A stretch of DNA of 55,672 nt from an uncultured Candidatus Saccharibacteria bacterium (lineage in GTDB: Bacteria; Patescibacteriota; Minisyncoccia; Sungbacterales; SURF-37): contig CAYIKH010000002.1 of NCBI GenBank assembly GCA_964363965.1, positions 1 through 55,672 of the forward strand, given 5' to 3'. Position 1 is the stretch's first letter. Every line of letters begins with the position of its first letter. Made by a program: the position numbers and the translations under genes. Shown here piece by piece: positions 53,553 to 55,672 of this stretch. The notes beneath the pieces are model-generated. The model did no database searches. It saw only the letters and a list, made by a program, of their open reading frames with translations, and was not told where the DNA came from.

Positions 53553-54074
53553 ATGAGCGATGAGCATGAACGCGGCTTTGGCCGCGGGTGGCATCAAGGG
53601 GCATTTGTCGCGATGCTCATTGCAATTTTTTTCATGGCTGTGGCAATTTCTCAAGTTTCACCAATCCGCCAGACGGCGGGCCGGCTGGCCAAAATATCCC
53701 TAGCCGACCAGGAATTTAATTTGGAAATTGCCGACACTCCCTACCAGCAGCGTCAGGGTCTTTCCGGCCGCCCAAGCATCCCTGACGATGGCGGGATGCT
53801 TTTTTTGTTCAGTCCGCCGCGTCAGGTTGTTTTTTGGATGAAGGACATGCGCTTTCCCATTGACATCATTTGGGTCCGCGACAAGACAATTGTCGGCTAT
53901 GTTTCTCTAGCCATGCCGCCAGAGCCAGGAATGCCTGATGATCTGATCCAGCGCTTTTCCTCGCCCGAGCCGGTGGATGGCGTTGTGGAGATTCGCGCCG
54001 GCCGGGCGAGCGAGCTCGGCTTAGAAATTGGACAAGCCGTCCAGATTCAGCTACCATTGAAAATCAGACTATGA
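53553..54074 (+). CDS. DUF192-domain protein
   Basis: LEIADTPYQQRQGLSGRPSIPDDGGMLFLF...MKDMRFPIDIIWV matches the DUF192 fold. N-terminal TM. Confidence 0.75.
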   Translation: MSDEHERGFGRGWHQGAFVAMLIAIFFMAVAISQVSPIRQTAGRLAKISLADQEFNLEIADTPYQQRQGLSGRPSIPDDGGMLFLFSPPRQVVFWMKDMRFPIDIIWVRDKTIVGYVSLAMPPEPGMPDDLIQRFSSPEPVDGVVEIRAGRASELGLEIGQAVQIQLPLKIRL

Positions 54075-54889
54075 GGAACGAAATCGTCCTGGATCTGGAA
54101 ACAAAGGATGCTCCCCAGCGCTGGGAAGGGCGCGACCTCGCCTCTCTCGGCATCTCGGTAGTCGGCATCTGGTCGGGGCTTGATGCCTCGTTTAAAGTGT
54201 TCCGCGAAGGCGATGTTTCTTCCGGCCTCGGCCCGCTTTTAAAGAACGCCGATCGCATCATCGGTTTTTTCGTCACTAAATTTGACTTCCCCGTTCTCCA
54301 GCCTTATCTCAATTTTGATCTTGCCGAGATTCCGGTATTGGACATCTTTGACGATGTCACCGCCAAGCTCGGTCATCGGGTCTCGCTCGCGAGCCTCGCC
54401 AAGGCCACCCTCGGAGCCGGGAAGCTCGGCCACGGGCTTGAGGCGGTCGAGTGGTACAAGCAAGGGGAATGGAAGCGCCTGGAAGAATATTGCATTCAGG
54501 ATGTTCGCCTGACGCGGGATTTGTATGAATTCGGCAATAAATTCGGGCATCTTTTGTTTGAGTCCTTTGTTGATGGGAAGGTCGTCTCCGTGCCGGTTGC
54601 CTGGGGCATGCCCGAGGAAACTGAAATTCGCAAGCTCTTGGAGCGGGCTCAGGCCGAAGGGCGGTCTCTTGAAATTGACTATGTTTCGCGCCAGAATTCC
54701 GGGGATGGCTTTTTGAAAACCCGCAAAATTGAAATCCAGGCCATCCGCGGAGAAGAGATTGATGCCTATGACCATCTCCGCGGTGAGGTGCGTATGTTCC
54801 GCATCGGCCGGATTTTTAAGGCTAGGATTTTGGATGAGCCGATCCAAAAGCGGATGGTTACTCAGTCACTCTTTACCCCCACACCATGA
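54071..54889 (+). CDS. RNase H-like 3'-5' exonuclease domain fused to a C-terminal WYL-like domain
   Basis: N-terminal acidic exonuclease motifs (LDLETKD, FVTKFDFPVL, YCIQDVRLTRDLY) resemble the YprB/PolB-exo-like family. The C-terminal region (about 90 aa) contains the WYL-like RMFRIGRIFKARIL. Confidence 0.6.
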   Translation: MRNEIVLDLETKDAPQRWEGRDLASLGISVVGIWSGLDASFKVFREGDVSSGLGPLLKNADRIIGFFVTKFDFPVLQPYLNFDLAEIPVLDIFDDVTAKLGHRVSLASLAKATLGAGKLGHGLEAVEWYKQGEWKRLEEYCIQDVRLTRDLYEFGNKFGHLLFESFVDGKVVSVPVAWGMPEETEIRKLLERAQAEGRSLEIDYVSRQNSGDGFLKTRKIEIQAIRGEEIDAYDHLRGEVRMFRIGRIFKARILDEPIQKRMVTQSLFTPTP

Positions 54890-54989
54890 AAGCTACGGCC
54901 TTCAGTCCGGAGATGAATGACGTATTCAAAATTGGTTCCCAAGAAAAGCCCTGGCCTTTAGGCTAGGGTGTGGGGTTTACTTAAAATCA

Positions 54990-55481
54990 ATGTCCGAGAA
55001 AACAAAATTCCACAGTTGGTCAAAAGGCACTCTCACCCTGGAGCGGGTGTTTGAGGAGATTGTCTCTTACATCAAAGCCGAGCCGCATTATTCCTACCAG
55101 ATTATCGTCGGTTCGGATTCGGCCTCGCGAAATCCAGTCTCGCTGGTCACGGCGCTCACCCTCTGGCGCGTCGGCAACGGCGGGGTGCATTTCTGGGTGG
55201 ATTCGGATAAAAAAACTTTTCGCACTCTGCGCGACCGCATCTACGAGGAGGCCATGCAATCCATTACGCTCGCCCAGGAGATCCGCTCCGGGCTCCGCGA
55301 GAAGCTTGGCGAAGAATTTTTGTGGGATGACAAAATCAAGGTGCACATTGACATCGGCGAAAACGGCCCCACCCGCGAGCTAATTGATCAGGTCGTGGGC
55401 ATGGTCAAGGGCTTCGGCTTTGAGGCCGTGATCAAGCCCGGGGCTTTTGGGGCCTCGCAAGTTGCCGATAGGCACACCTAA
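54990..55481 (+). CDS. YkuK/DUF458 family RNase H-like protein
   Basis: YQIIVGSDSASRNPVSLVTALTLWRVGNGGVHFW matches the DUF458/YkuK pattern. 163 aa. Confidence 0.7.
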   Translation: MSEKTKFHSWSKGTLTLERVFEEIVSYIKAEPHYSYQIIVGSDSASRNPVSLVTALTLWRVGNGGVHFWVDSDKKTFRTLRDRIYEEAMQSITLAQEIRSGLREKLGEEFLWDDKIKVHIDIGENGPTRELIDQVVGMVKGFGFEAVIKPGAFGASQVADRHT

Positions 55482-55591
55482 AGAAACTCAAAATTCCCAC
55501 CTACGTCCGCCCTTCGCGTAAAGCTACGGAGTGGCACCGCAGGGCTTCGGCGGGCAGGCAAAAAATCAAAAGTGAAAATTTTGGTAGGCGA

Positions 55592-55620
55592 AAGGCGAGC
55601 GACATGCTCGCCTTTTGGCT
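55592..55620 (+). terminator. Rho-independent terminator candidate
   Basis: AAGGCGAGC(GACAT)GCTCGCCTT 9-bp stem followed by TTTGG, about 110 nt after the DUF458 stop. Confidence 0.5.
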
Positions 55621-55672
55621 TTAGGAACGCCATTAACATTATTCTAAGCAAAGCCCGTTATATTTGACAACT

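Noticed and set aside
1-55672. Search for tRNA, rRNA, tmRNA, RNase P RNA, SRP RNA and CRISPR arrays
   Set aside because: I found no GTTCGAATC-type T-loop motifs with a cloverleaf context, no rRNA-like conserved blocks, no GGAAAGUCCGGGC (RNase P P4) or SRP domain IV motif, and no regularly spaced direct repeats. None is called. A covariance-model scan would be needed to be definitive.
1-55672. Possibility of an alternative genetic code (for example UGA recoding) as an explanation for the in-frame stops
   Set aside because: Long conserved genes (polA, uvrB, PBP1A, dnaA) are uninterrupted under the standard code. The two in-frame stops are TAA and TAG, not TGA. A global code change is therefore unlikely.

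Overview
This 55.7-kb window is a gene-dense bacterial chromosomal segment of about 57% GC with short intergenic spacers. The gene content suggests a small-genome monoderm-like lineage, possibly Patescibacteria (CPR); that inference is weak. It contains a Gram-positive-type T4SS/pilus gene set (PrgI/VirB3-like, VirB4, VirB6/TrbL-like, pilin-like) together with FemAB, TsaE and a PilB/GspE ATPase.

The window spans a classical replication-origin neighbourhood: rpmH-rnpA-yidD-yidC-jag on the minus strand, diverging from dnaA-dnaN on the plus strand, with an AT-rich spacer between dnaA and dnaN. It also carries many DNA replication and repair genes (comM/yifB-like, uvrD, uvrB, ruvA, ruvB, ruvC, polA, holA, tsaE, tyrS, rpsT) and cell-wall genes (class A PBP, murE, FemAB-like, LysM-M23 peptidase).

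The main accessory feature is a roughly 13-kb plus-strand cluster (6.4-19.3 kb) encoding this T4SS-like conjugative-pilus machinery. It includes a VirB4 split from its N-terminal domain by a single in-frame TAA, a VirB6/TrbL-like polytopic protein, a PrgI/VirB3-like protein, a VirB2-like pilin candidate, a secreted protein with four internal repeats and a TolB-like propeller. An AT-rich cassette flanked by 18-bp inverted repeats sits inside this cluster. It carries a GxxExxY-family PD-(D/E)XK gene interrupted by an in-frame TAG.

Other notable items:
- several dispersed repeat families: a GC-rich roughly 170-200-bp hairpin-bearing repeat at two loci; an roughly 85-bp repeat just upstream of both polA and holA; and an AT-rich TTTGTTTAGGATTTAGAA motif family;
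- a 103-bp MITE-like element with perfect 16-bp terminal inverted repeats (TIRs) and a CATA target-site duplication (TSD) at the PBP1A start;
- a perfect 20-bp palindrome upstream of yebC-ruvC;
- a consensus sigma70 promoter driving a roughly 320-nt structured leader ahead of a tiny 2-TM protein gene;
- two GC-rich islands (SPFH pair; lipoprotein pair).

I found no rRNA, tRNA or CRISPR array. Coordinates taken from the ORF track are exact; coordinates I derived by hand may be off by 1-2 nt.
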